DNA from: Methanobacteriota archaeon
GTDB lineage: Archaea > Thermoplasmatota > Thermoplasmata > SG8-5 > JAGLSY01
Length of the DNA: 64,000 bases
Reading direction: 5' to 3'
NCBI GenBank assembly: GCA_020697715.1
Contig: JAEHCO010000001.1
Location: forward strand, 874,149-938,148
In this document: piece after piece, positions 21,932 to 32,600 of the stretch
How the letters are laid out: the number at the start of each line of letters is the position of its first letter
Numbering within the stretch: the stretch's first letter is position 1
The notes under the pieces: model-generated
What the model saw: only the letters and a program-made list of their open reading frames with translations
What the model was told of the DNA's origin: nothing
Database searches by the model: none
Made by a program: the position numbers and the translations under genes

Positions 21932-22840
21932 TTGATGATGAAAAAACCCGAGCTCGCGGTCATGATAGCCGTTATCTCAGTATCCTTTTCTGCCATCTTG
22001 ATCCGGTGGGCAACAGCTCCCGCACTGGCCATTGCTTTTTGGAGGCTTTTATTCACCACCTTGCTCCTCATGCCTTTCGCCTTGTTCTACAAGCGGGATG
22101 AGATAAGATCCCTGGGCTGGAAGGGCATAGGCAAGACAGCACTCATTGGTTTAGTGCTGGCTACACATTTTTCACTATGGATACGCTCCCTGGAATTGAC
22201 CACTGTGGCCAGTTCTGTCATACTTGTAACTGCCCATCCTATCCTGGTGGCTGGATTATCATACTATCTGTGGAAGGAGCCAGTGTCCAAGACCAATGCC
22301 TTCGGTATTGGCATTGCGATAATTGGCATCATAGTGCTTTCATGGGGTGATATGGGTGCGGGGAATCTCACCGGCAATGTACTCGCCCTGATTGCCGGAA
22401 TATGTGCAGGTCTGTACATACTGGCTGGAAGAAGGATGCGCCGTGATGTATCTCTTCTTTCCTACGCATTTCTGGTCTACATATTCTGTGCCATATTCCT
22501 GGCCATCATGTGCCTGACCACGTCCACGAAATTCTACCCTTATCCAAAAGAAGATTTTTACTTGTTCATCACCATGGCCGCTATACCCGGAATACTGGGC
22601 CACACTTTGTACAACTGGGCACTCAAACATGTAAAAGCCTCGGTCGTATCTGTAAGTCTGCTGGCCGAGCCCATCGGTTCAACAGCTCTGGCCTTTCTTC
22701 TGCTAGGAGAGACACCCGGGTCCATCCTTGTGATAATTGGGGGCGCATTGACCCTGCTAGGAATTCTATTGACTGTGAGAAAGGTTCGTACCAGAGGCAA
22801 AGCCAGAAGATCCAGGTCAAAAAAGATCACTACTTCTTGA
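21932..22840 (+). CDS. DMT/EamA-family transporter
   Basis: About 10 TM segments in two EamA-like halves (SLELTTVASSVIL, GHTLYNWAL, LAEPIGS). Confidence 0.88.
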   Translation: MMMKKPELAVMIAVISVSFSAILIRWATAPALAIAFWRLLFTTLLLMPFALFYKRDEIRSLGWKGIGKTALIGLVLATHFSLWIRSLELTTVASSVILVTAHPILVAGLSYYLWKEPVSKTNAFGIGIAIIGIIVLSWGDMGAGNLTGNVLALIAGICAGLYILAGRRMRRDVSLLSYAFLVYIFCAIFLAIMCLTTSTKFYPYPKEDFYLFITMAAIPGILGHTLYNWALKHVKASVVSVSLLAEPIGSTALAFLLLGETPGSILVIIGGALTLLGILLTVRKVRTRGKARRSRSKKITTS

Positions 22841-24620
22841 CCTTATGTCGCACACGCACTGCTTCGCCTTTCACACTCTGCACCATCTCGTCCGCATTCA
22901 TCTTCGCAGTGCCAGCCCCTCTCAATGACCCATCCTGGCCAATGATGCAAATCTCGTCCCCAACCCTTATCCGGGGGTCGGCTTCCTCCACACCAACCGC
23001 GAACAGGTTGCCGATCAGGTCGAAATCATGCATCTTCACCGTGTACAAGTTCTTCTCCACCATGAGCTTCGCCAGGTCCAGCGTGGGAATTAAAAATCCA
23101 CTGGCCTCGGATACCATGGCCAGTTGTTGATTGCCCTTCCTGATCTTGAGAATAGGATAGCGGCCCTTGACATGGCAACCGTGGAAGATATCGGTCGCAT
23201 CTTCACCCCACTGGAACCTGGCCATATTGGTGACCTCCTCCAATGTTCTTCTCTTCCAGTCTGGCTTGCTGTCCAATAGCGGGATATTATCCAGTGCGTC
23301 CCGGAGATCGACGAGGGATTGCGCATCCGTTGGTCTATCTCCAGCTGTGGAGATAGCGCCATCCAGGTATTCCTGATCGTCAAAGATATCATCGTCTCCA
23401 AAATGAACGATGATGTGATCATATTTGTTTATGGCCAGGTACTCCTTGAGAAGCACATTGATCATTTTTTTCTCATCCTCATACCAATGGCCAGTTACAG
23501 GAATATCATAATGCTGGGCAGGATATGTGAGCTCCAGCTCTCTGGGAACAAGACCCAGGGGCGATGTGATGATAAGCTCATGCACCCGATGTCCAACTTT
23601 TGAATTGCTTATCACTTCTCTGAACTTCTGATGGCTCTTTGATTTGGAATAAGGTTTCCTGGCCGAGCATGGCAATATCAGAAGAATATCCTGTTCCGAT
23701 GGCTTCCAGTACCTTGTCAACACGCGCTCGCGGAACCGCTTGACATCCGGTCTTTCAAGAGATAATCTCGTAGTGGCCTGGAATTCAGGCCCAATAACTG
23801 GAGATCTCTTCTCCTCGAATTCGGGATACCTTTTGTCCATAAGCCTGAGCATGGCCACCAGCTCGGGCGAGGTTTTCGCCCGGTACTCGATGAACTGCCG
23901 CAAACCTCGTTTGGCCAGTTTACCCCTGATCTGCTGTAGTTCCGTCTGCAAGGCCAGGAAATTATGCTCCCGCAACCTATCATTGGCCGAGGCATCAAGG
24001 TCGCAGCCCCTGCATGCGCATTCTCCCTCGTCCACATCCTCGTGTGGTACAGCTCCATCAGATCTGAGGAACATTTTCTTGCGCGTTAGGAATACCACTC
24101 GGGTGGCATCCAGCAGATCCGCGCCCAGGTAAAATAAGATTCCGATATTGTGAGGCATGGCCACGCCCGGTAAATAAAGAATATTCTGATAACCAATGCC
24201 CTCTCTTATGCGAAGCATGGTCTCGACAAATCTGAAAGGATTCTGATACAGTTCGACAGCTCCCTCGAGAATGAATATATCCGCCTTCTCGCGAATACCG
24301 ATCATCTCGTCATCGGTTATACTGGCTCTGATGACCGCGATATTATCTTTAATTGTAAAATTCGGAAGCTCATAGCCTTTGAGATCATATCCATTGGGAA
24401 CACCCGAGTAGCTTGGCAAGGAGATCGAAACTCCACCGATCTCCATCAGCAGGCCATTATTTCCACCACTCTCTTTCAGCACACCACCAGCATAGCCGGG
24501 AGCGTCCATCCTGTGGCTCTCTGGGAACAGGATGTTCGGAATTGGAAGTTTCCAACCATCACCAGTATAAGTTCCAGACCTGACGGTCGCATCTCGTAAT
24601 TTTACTTCGAGCATTGGCAC
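22830..24620 (-). CDS. arcS: Archaeosine synthase (TGT-like plus C-terminal PUA domain)
   Basis: LPCSARKPYSKSKSH, TSPLGLVPRELE..YPAQHYDIPVTGHW, and PUA-like LFAVGV...IRVGDE...AVRVRH. Confidence 0.88.
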   Translation of the reverse strand: MPMLEVKLRDATVRSGTYTGDGWKLPIPNILFPESHRMDAPGYAGGVLKESGGNNGLLMEIGGVSISLPSYSGVPNGYDLKGYELPNFTIKDNIAVIRASITDDEMIGIREKADIFILEGAVELYQNPFRFVETMLRIREGIGYQNILYLPGVAMPHNIGILFYLGADLLDATRVVFLTRKKMFLRSDGAVPHEDVDEGECACRGCDLDASANDRLREHNFLALQTELQQIRGKLAKRGLRQFIEYRAKTSPELVAMLRLMDKRYPEFEEKRSPVIGPEFQATTRLSLERPDVKRFRERVLTRYWKPSEQDILLILPCSARKPYSKSKSHQKFREVISNSKVGHRVHELIITSPLGLVPRELELTYPAQHYDIPVTGHWYEDEKKMINVLLKEYLAINKYDHIIVHFGDDDIFDDQEYLDGAISTAGDRPTDAQSLVDLRDALDNIPLLDSKPDWKRRTLEEVTNMARFQWGEDATDIFHGCHVKGRYPILKIRKGNQQLAMVSEASGFLIPTLDLAKLMVEKNLYTVKMHDFDLIGNLFAVGVEEADPRIRVGDEICIIGQDGSLRGAGTAKMNADEMVQSVKGEAVRVRHKVKK

Positions 24621-24654
24621 TGGAATACTGAGGCGGAATATAAATGTGTTCAGC

Positions 24655-27600
24655 CTAAGGTATCATCCAGGGATAGAATCCATTAGAGTATATCCAGTAA
24701 GCTTGACCGATCTGGAAAGCGGCTCCATCAGGCATGGGCTCGATACCGTAAGTTGACATATCATTGAACCTCTCGATGGTCATGACCATACCTCCAGATT
24801 CCACTTTCAGATTGCCTGCTGTATAACCCTCAGTATCTGATGGGTAACCCACCATGTTCCAGCCTGGTTGCAGAGTGACGACAGTTCCTGATGGGGCGCT
24901 TCCAGTCTCGCCCATTGTAAGAAGATTATCTCCATCATTTCTAGTCACATACATCCAGACACCCATTGTATTATCCACATCGGGCATATCTTGAGGTAAG
25001 CCAGCTGCTGCCTGTGCCTTATCATAGCACTTCCAATGGTCAATTGCATCTGCAGGATCATACCACATTATCGAGCTCCAGGTAGTTCCTCCATCTCCAA
25101 AGATGGTATCATTGAATATTATGTCCACTGAATTGTCCACATTCACTGGGAATGATACAAATCTCCATCCTACATCCATCCCCATGTCATATGGAATCTC
25201 TGGAAGGAAGCCAGCTATGTAGATGGCAGTTGCATATGATCCTGCCCAATTGCCAGAAGAATCCTGCCCTCTGACCCATAGCTTATTCCATTCTCCAATG
25301 CTCCAGCCGGCTGTTACAGCCCCTGGTATGAAGACAGTGACATCCTCATTGATCTCATCCCACACTCCATCCACGACATTCATTGGAGTTCCTGGCCAGT
25401 TTGCGGTTTCTCCCAAGCACCATTCAGCTGCAGTGATGTATGACTCACCAGTCATTGAATCATCAATTATGGCATTAAGGTTCACTGAGTCTCCTGGTTC
25501 TATGGGATTGATATCGCTAACAACACTTCCCGGCACTGTGATCGGGGGCGTGTTATCCACGCCATGTTCTATTGTGAAGTCCATTGATTCTGAATAATCA
25601 CTAAGAACTGCATAAGTTGCAGTTCCAAGGCCGACTACTTTTATTCTGTAAGTGTCCGCATCTTCAAGGGCGCTTATGTCCCATACCAAGCTTGTTTGAC
25701 TACCTGGCAATGGAGCACCGTTTATCTTGATATATTCCTGACCGCTGTTCGGGCTGTAATAGACATCTACGGACGTAGCATCAGATATTGTCCAATCAAT
25801 TGTGTAAGTGGTCGTGGACGTGATGGTCTCCCCACCAATTGGATTTACTAAATCCGCGGTAGGATGGTTCCCGCCAAGTAGCCACTGAATTGTTTCATCA
25901 AGTAATTCCGCTCTCTCCAGGTCGATGGTCGGTGGAGATCCAGCTGGATCCCAGTTCCCGCCTGTATTTGTCGAATCGATCATATTGTGTGAGAAGGCAT
26001 TGAAGGCTATCCTGGCCGTACCTGCAGCTCCACCACCTGTCTGCGCAACTCCCGCGGCAGTTCCACCATATTCATGATCATTATAATCCCATATGGCAAC
26101 CCCTGGGGCTATGGCATTTATATCATCTGGCCAGAACCTGCTTGAGCCGTAAACATCCTGCTCAAGGTCCATATTGTCCAAGTTGTAAATATCATTCAGA
26201 ACATGTCCATTATCTATAACCATGAAAGGATCTGTGCCTGGTGGACCACCACCGCCTTCATCTCCACCACCGCCATCAGCATCGTCTCCGAGGTATTCGG
26301 CCTTCAGATAGTCCTCACACCAGGTGACATCGGGATCTGTTCCAACTAAACTCATATCCCATGCTATGTCCTGACCCACTATGTAGGCCATTGGAACTGT
26401 TCCTTGGCTGGTCAATGGCTGGTCGAGATAACCTGCCAGTGCCTCTCTGTCATCAGCACTCAATTGAGGGAATCCTTCAGATGGGACCCAAATGATCATG
26501 GAAGCCTGATTAAGATCCTCGGTCGATGGAGAACCCAATACATTCATATCCCAATGACTGTAGGTCCATCCAGTGTATTCCAAATTATTCATCCAGTCCA
26601 GTTCATAGGGTGAGCCATCTAATGGAGATATACTGCCTATGTCGTCATCGACCAGCATTATCAGTGGCCCTCCGGTCGTGGCACTTCTGGTGCTGAATGT
26701 GTAATATCCTCCTCCATAGTCATCATAGGTGGATCTTCCATACATATCGGCGGATTCCACCCAGAACTCGTATTTCGTATCTCCCAAGAGTCCTGTCATT
26801 GGTATCTGATGATCCATGACGAGGTGATCATCATGAATAATTGTCCATGTAGGCGAGCCAAACACTCTGTAATACACAGTGCTATTCGCATTTTCATCGG
26901 TATCCCAGGTCATTATGGTAGACACTCCAGATATCTCACTTGCAAATACATTTGATATGACTGGCTCATGAATATCAATTAATGCATATGCTATGGAGTC
27001 ATGAATAGGAGATGTATCTGAATAAGTGGTGGTTATGGTCTCACCGTCACTGACCTGTAATTTTCCATCTCCTGGCGCTGCGATCCCCATATCTGTTAAT
27101 ATAGAGCCAGTATAAACACTTGAATTGAAGTCCAGGACATTCAATGTGACGATCTCTGAATCCCCACTAACACTTCCTGTGATCGTTATATCAACTGTAG
27201 GAGGAAAGCTATTGGTATCCTCCAATCTGAAATTTATGATATCCGAATCATCATAGACAGATCGATCCATCTGAATAAGACCATGGCCATCATCGAAGTT
27301 CCCTGTCGCGACCAGGGCGAAGTTCTGAGGACCTATTGCGATGTTCGAAGCATCGATCCTGATGGTGTAAATACCTGGAGATGGAATATTCAGATATGCG
27401 CATTCCACATTGTTCAATATATCATATGAACCATTGAACATGGATTCTCCACCTGAGAAGACATTTCCCTTGTATTCCATTGCGCCAGGTGCGATCAATG
27501 TCAGATCCAGATCATTGACCAGTGCCTTTGCGGCTGCTGGATCTCCTTGATAATCGGACCAGACCAAAGATATCTTCAATGGCTCAGAGGCATCTGTAAC

Positions 27601-29421
27601 ACTGATCTCATATTCCATATAGTCTCCAGTGACCATGCCCTGGGATTGATCAATGACCATCATTTCTTTTGAATCTCCTATGAAGTAAAGGCTATTATCC
27701 AGATGGATCCTGCCCCATCCCTCGTCCATATTGGGGATATCCGGGGTTCCAATGTCAACAGCCCCGTTTATCATGGTAGCTTTGAGAAGAGCCGCGGACG
27801 GACTCCATCCATTGGCATTTACAGGATATCCTTTAGGATACCATCCTTCTCTGTAATATTGGCGGACCATGGCAGCTGCTCCACCTGCTGCGGCTGTTGC
27901 CCAGCTTGTTCCCTGCATTGTTTGATATCCGCCGCCTCCATCAACTGACTGAACTGATTCACCAGGAACCACGATGTCTGGCTTGATACGGCCATCCATC
28001 GCAGGCCCTCTACTGCTGAATGCTGATACAGTGATCCCATCACTGCTGGCCGAGCCAACTCCTATCACATTCTTTGATTCGGCCTGGCAATCTATAGTGT
28101 ATCCTGATGGTCCATCACCGCCTACTGACCAGAACATGGAGAAATCCTGACTATCATAGACGTATGAGTCGATCATGACACATTGATCCCTGTATCCTGA
28201 ACCACCACCCCAGCTATTGCTCTGTATCTTTGAATCGTAATTATCTTCTGTGAATTTGAATAGATCATTATAGTAATCCTCGGGCGGGTATACATATTGC
28301 CATTCAAGGATATCAGGTGTCGCTGCATCATCTTCTCTCATTATGTCCTGCATCACGATCTCCGCCATGAAAGCATGACCATCATATGTACCAGGATTCC
28401 AAATTCCATAAGGTGCTCCATCTCCTGCTATGACACCGGCTGCGAAGCTTCCGTGAAAGGCTGAACCTGATTCATCCCCTAATTGGCCATCTGCACCTTC
28501 GGGAACATAGTTAGCCTTGACCTTGAGATAATTGCCTGGAATGCCATATACCGCCCCATTGAAACTATCATGATCAATATCTGAAAGCCCAATTCCCTCT
28601 GCAATACCCGAATCTGCGATAGTGACGACCTCTCCGCGGCCATTAATGCCCTGTGCATGAAGTGGGCGGGTCGTACTTCCGGATTGGACCAGTGGAACAT
28701 TATCATCATTCGAAGGCTCTGCGAGTACAAATTCAGAGACCCATTTGACCTCTGGCCTTGATATTAAATAACTTATCAAGGAAGCATCAACTTCCGCATT
28801 TACAGTATTGACTTCTCTGGAATTCGCAATGCCCAGTATATTTCCACCAGAGTTTTTCGTGATCTCCCTCACGATGTCGCCATTGGACGAGCCCGGGAAT
28901 AATGTGATACTTAATTTCACGATTCCAGTCGCTGTTGCCAATGCCGGGTCCACTTTGTAAGCTGGCTCGTAGCTTCCGCACCATCTGATATCCTGAAGTG
29001 CATTGACCTTGCCTTTGGCATTCGTGTTCATCGTGACGAGAAGTGCATTGTCAGGAATATAACTGACAATGGTCGCCCCTGCCTTTATTATACCACTCTT
29101 CCACTCCTCGGTTATCTTGCCAGGAGCTTGGATGATATATGGCTGTTCCACCCAGGGAGAATTACCATAGGAATTTGCAGATGCGATGATTGGAGCATTA
29201 CCGCCAATTGGGTCGAATGATCCATATTTCAATTTGATCATACCATTCGAATTGCCAGTTGGTATGGCATCATCAATATCATTGGTAGGGACAATATCAT
29301 CATGACTATTATCTGCAAAACCAATTGTTATAGATGAGAATATAAGAGAAATAATTATAAAACCTACAAATAACCTGTTAACACTACCTAGCCCACTTTT
29401 TCTGTTCCCCATATCTTCCAT
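24655..29421 (-). CDS. Secreted S8 subtilase, 1588 aa, with FN3-like and other accessory domains and the shared C-terminal domain
   Basis: Signal peptide; triad IADSG / FHGSF / GTSWA; DGRIKPD; GWGRI; ends GWNMVGYP...AYWIY...WMIP. Confidence 0.88.
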   Translation of the reverse strand: MEDMGNRKSGLGSVNRLFVGFIIISLIFSSITIGFADNSHDDIVPTNDIDDAIPTGNSNGMIKLKYGSFDPIGGNAPIIASANSYGNSPWVEQPYIIQAPGKITEEWKSGIIKAGATIVSYIPDNALLVTMNTNAKGKVNALQDIRWCGSYEPAYKVDPALATATGIVKLSITLFPGSSNGDIVREITKNSGGNILGIANSREVNTVNAEVDASLISYLISRPEVKWVSEFVLAEPSNDDNVPLVQSGSTTRPLHAQGINGRGEVVTIADSGIAEGIGLSDIDHDSFNGAVYGIPGNYLKVKANYVPEGADGQLGDESGSAFHGSFAAGVIAGDGAPYGIWNPGTYDGHAFMAEIVMQDIMREDDAATPDILEWQYVYPPEDYYNDLFKFTEDNYDSKIQSNSWGGGSGYRDQCVMIDSYVYDSQDFSMFWSVGGDGPSGYTIDCQAESKNVIGVGSASSDGITVSAFSSRGPAMDGRIKPDIVVPGESVQSVDGGGGYQTMQGTSWATAAAGGAAAMVRQYYREGWYPKGYPVNANGWSPSAALLKATMINGAVDIGTPDIPNMDEGWGRIHLDNSLYFIGDSKEMMVIDQSQGMVTGDYMEYEISVTDASEPLKISLVWSDYQGDPAAAKALVNDLDLTLIAPGAMEYKGNVFSGGESMFNGSYDILNNVECAYLNIPSPGIYTIRIDASNIAIGPQNFALVATGNFDDGHGLIQMDRSVYDDSDIINFRLEDTNSFPPTVDITITGSVSGDSEIVTLNVLDFNSSVYTGSILTDMGIAAPGDGKLQVSDGETITTTYSDTSPIHDSIAYALIDIHEPVISNVFASEISGVSTIMTWDTDENANSTVYYRVFGSPTWTIIHDDHLVMDHQIPMTGLLGDTKYEFWVESADMYGRSTYDDYGGGYYTFSTRSATTGGPLIMLVDDDIGSISPLDGSPYELDWMNNLEYTGWTYSHWDMNVLGSPSTEDLNQASMIIWVPSEGFPQLSADDREALAGYLDQPLTSQGTVPMAYIVGQDIAWDMSLVGTDPDVTWCEDYLKAEYLGDDADGGGGDEGGGGPPGTDPFMVIDNGHVLNDIYNLDNMDLEQDVYGSSRFWPDDINAIAPGVAIWDYNDHEYGGTAAGVAQTGGGAAGTARIAFNAFSHNMIDSTNTGGNWDPAGSPPTIDLERAELLDETIQWLLGGNHPTADLVNPIGGETITSTTTYTIDWTISDATSVDVYYSPNSGQEYIKINGAPLPGSQTSLVWDISALEDADTYRIKVVGLGTATYAVLSDYSESMDFTIEHGVDNTPPITVPGSVVSDINPIEPGDSVNLNAIIDDSMTGESYITAAEWCLGETANWPGTPMNVVDGVWDEINEDVTVFIPGAVTAGWSIGEWNKLWVRGQDSSGNWAGSYATAIYIAGFLPEIPYDMGMDVGWRFVSFPVNVDNSVDIIFNDTIFGDGGTTWSSIMWYDPADAIDHWKCYDKAQAAAGLPQDMPDVDNTMGVWMYVTRNDGDNLLTMGETGSAPSGTVVTLQPGWNMVGYPSDTEGYTAGNLKVESGGMVMTIERFNDMSTYGIEPMPDGAAFQIGQAYWIYSNGFYPWMIP

Positions 29422-29625
29422 GTAATCTCCTCAGGATCATGCCTTGCCAGACATGCGTCAGGAAACAGTAATTAGCATATATTCTTTCAATGAATTGAAG
29501 AAAATATCAGCTAGCCCTCTTCCCTGATATTGTATATAATGCATTGTTTTTGACGTATTTAAGTATATTCTTTGTTATGTTTACTTATAAGTAATAGATG
29601 AAAAAGATAAAAAGAAAGTAAAAGG

Positions 29626-29648
29626 GGGGAAGGCTTGGAACCTTCCCC
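29626..29648 (-). terminator. Terminator hairpin of the 1636-aa gene
   Basis: ggggaagg / ccttcccc, followed by T runs on the minus strand. Confidence 0.7.
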
Positions 29649-29669
29649 ATTATGCTTTTCTTAGGCCGC

Positions 29670-32600
29670 CTATGGTATTATCCAGGCATATGCTCCTGTG
29701 GAGTACACCCAGTATCCTTCACCGATCTGGAATTGATCGATGTCCGGCATGACCTCTGTGTTATAGGCTGCTGCTCCATTGAAGCGCTCCACTGCTGTGA
29801 CTGAGCCACCAGAATCTGTTTTCAGATCTCCGGCTGTGTATCCCTCGACCTGTGATGGGAAACCGACCATGTTCCAGCCAGCCACCAGGTTTATCGTAGT
29901 ACCTGATGGATTGACGCCAGTTACCTTGATAAAGCCATCTCCCACAGTGTCCACGAATATCCAGGCTCCCATTTCCTCATCCATGTAATTGTGGTTGATT
30001 CCAGGGAATGCCGAGATGTAGGTCTTCCAGTTGCTGCCGGGAGCTGCACTTCCATCATAGTGGTGGAAAGTGTTCCAGGTGGTGTCACCATCTGTATCCA
30101 TCAGTGCATTTGGCAGAGATGTATCTCCAGGTAGTAATGGAAGTGAAACGAAGTTCCAGCCCGCTACTACAGGTATCAGATATTCCGGTGCTGTCACGGT
30201 GACTGTAACCGTAGTTACAGGTCCCCAACCATTTGGTCCGTTCCCACGAACACTCAAGATATGATCGCCAGCACCCCATGAGGACGTGTCAATGACCACT
30301 GTGAAGTTATCGAGTGGTCCATCCCAGAACAGATCGAATGGTGATGCTATTGCATTAGCCAGTCCTATGCCAGGATCGACAGTGTCGAACCATTCCGCAC
30401 CATATAGGAATGGGAACACATTCTCGTCAACGGTCGTATTGTCCACGATATCCGCAGTTAGGGTGATAATGCCTGTTCCTATGGTTATGCTCAGTGGTGT
30501 TACACCATCAGCCAGCACATTGAAGGCTCCGGGTAGTGTATCGAACTTGGAAACAATTCCCGAGTCTATACTATCGTATGTGCCATCTGTGGCAACCACG
30601 TAGTACCAGCAGTTCTCTGGATCCAGTATCTCATTGGTATCCACATACTGTGATGTACCAGCTCCAACGTTTCCAACCAGGCTGTATGGCCCTTCATACC
30701 ACTCGCTATTTGCCTCATCGGCCTTGTAGATGTCATAACCAGTCACATCATATGCTCCAGCACCATCATCACTTGACAATGTCCATGTCAGTATCAGATC
30801 ATCCGGACTTGTCGTGACGATAGTTTCCACATACATCTCATCAATGCTGACCACATCTGCTGTAGTGGTGTCAGCTGGGTCGGTATCTCGGACTGCAACA
30901 TAGAATGCTCCATTGAATCCAGCACCCAGGTCATATGAGAATTGATCAAGACCTGGTGTTGAGTCTGTGGCCATTAGGGTCTCCTCACCTGCGAATGCTC
31001 CTGTCTGGGAGTAGTAATACTCGAAGGTATCATCGCCAGTGAATCCCGTGGTCGCGTAGAACATGTGTGTGCTGCCTGCAGGTACACCCTGGAACTGCCA
31101 CTGATGCTCTAATGAATAAGAGGATCCTGCAGCACCATAATCGTAGGTCACCCATACGTAGTCAAAGTATACTGCATCTGCTCCGCCTGGATCATTGTTG
31201 ATGTAATGGACATCCAATGCCGCTATCTCCGCAATGGTGTCAACGCCATCTGCAAAAATATTATAGCTGGCCACTCGGTTATTATCACCATCGGTAGGCA
31301 CAATACCTGTTCCCAACCAAGCACCTCCTTCGTTGATGGAGAATTCTACATCATTTGTGGCACCGTGGCCCGCCTGAGTAGAGAACTTCATCCAAAGGGT
31401 TGCTGCACTTACTGGATCGGGGTTTCCAGATGTGTCAAAATTATCGATCCACATAATACCATTCTTGCCAATTGTGTTGGTTGTTCCGTCATCTCCATTG
31501 ATCTGCGCGACAGTTGTTCCTGCTGTATCTCCAGCCTCTATAACACTTGGCAGTGCATTGGCTGTTCCTCCGCCTGCTGAAAATAACTCAGTGATATCCT
31601 CTGTTACAGCATCTGCTGGCATCTGTGTCGCAGCATATGTGTTAACGATACCATTGTTTTCCACAGCTATATCACTGCTAGCTTGCTGGTAAAATGTTGA
31701 TCCTGCACCTCCAGGCTGACTTAGAAGATCAGTTACTGGGCCAGGTGGCATCGAGTTCACAGTGTAGATATTGATCAATGTCTCATTGTTTATAGCCACT
31801 GCATCTCCTGGAAGCATGCTCATCACGGATATCTCGTACTCTGCCTCATCATCGAAGTCATACATCCAGTTCATCTGCTCGGTCTCGAGTTGAGCCAGCG
31901 TCAGAGTGGTGTCTTTAACATTAGTGTAGAGTGAACCCAGGCCTGCTGTCTTCTTCGATATCCTTATATCGTCAACATTCCAGCCAGTTCCACCACCTGC
32001 AAAGTCATCACAACCAGCCCAGTATCTTACCCAGACTGTATTGTCACCAAGCCATGGTGTCAGGTCCACAGAATCTTCTACGAATCCTCCGCTTGCTCCG
32101 GTGAATGCATCAGCACCTCCGTCTCCATCTATTGGATTCGCATATCCAGTTCCCAAAGCAGCATCATAGCCATTGGTCGATACGACCCTTGTCCATGCGG
32201 CTCCATCGGCACTGACATCCAGAACTCCGCCGTCCCAGCCAGCTTCCCAATCGTAGTTGTGGAACCATTTCCACTCTGCACTTGTGAAAGCTCCGGTCAG
32301 ATCAAAGGGTCCGAATTCCAGTTTGTAGTCATGAGGTCCAGCCCCATAATTACCATTGCCGAAGTCCCATGATGTTGCCGGGCTATTGGCTGCATTCTCT
32401 CTCAGATCCCAACCAGGTGCGGCTGGTCCATCAGGTGTCCAGCCTGGTAGTATTCCACTTTCACAATCATCATTGAGTAGGTATGTGGTAGAGCCGAGAT
32501 GATTGATCTCGATCTTTACTGGGAAAGGCCCTTGAGTTGTTGTTCCCGCATTCCCTATGGTTGCATCGATGGTTCTTGGTCCCCATTCATATGTGTTTCC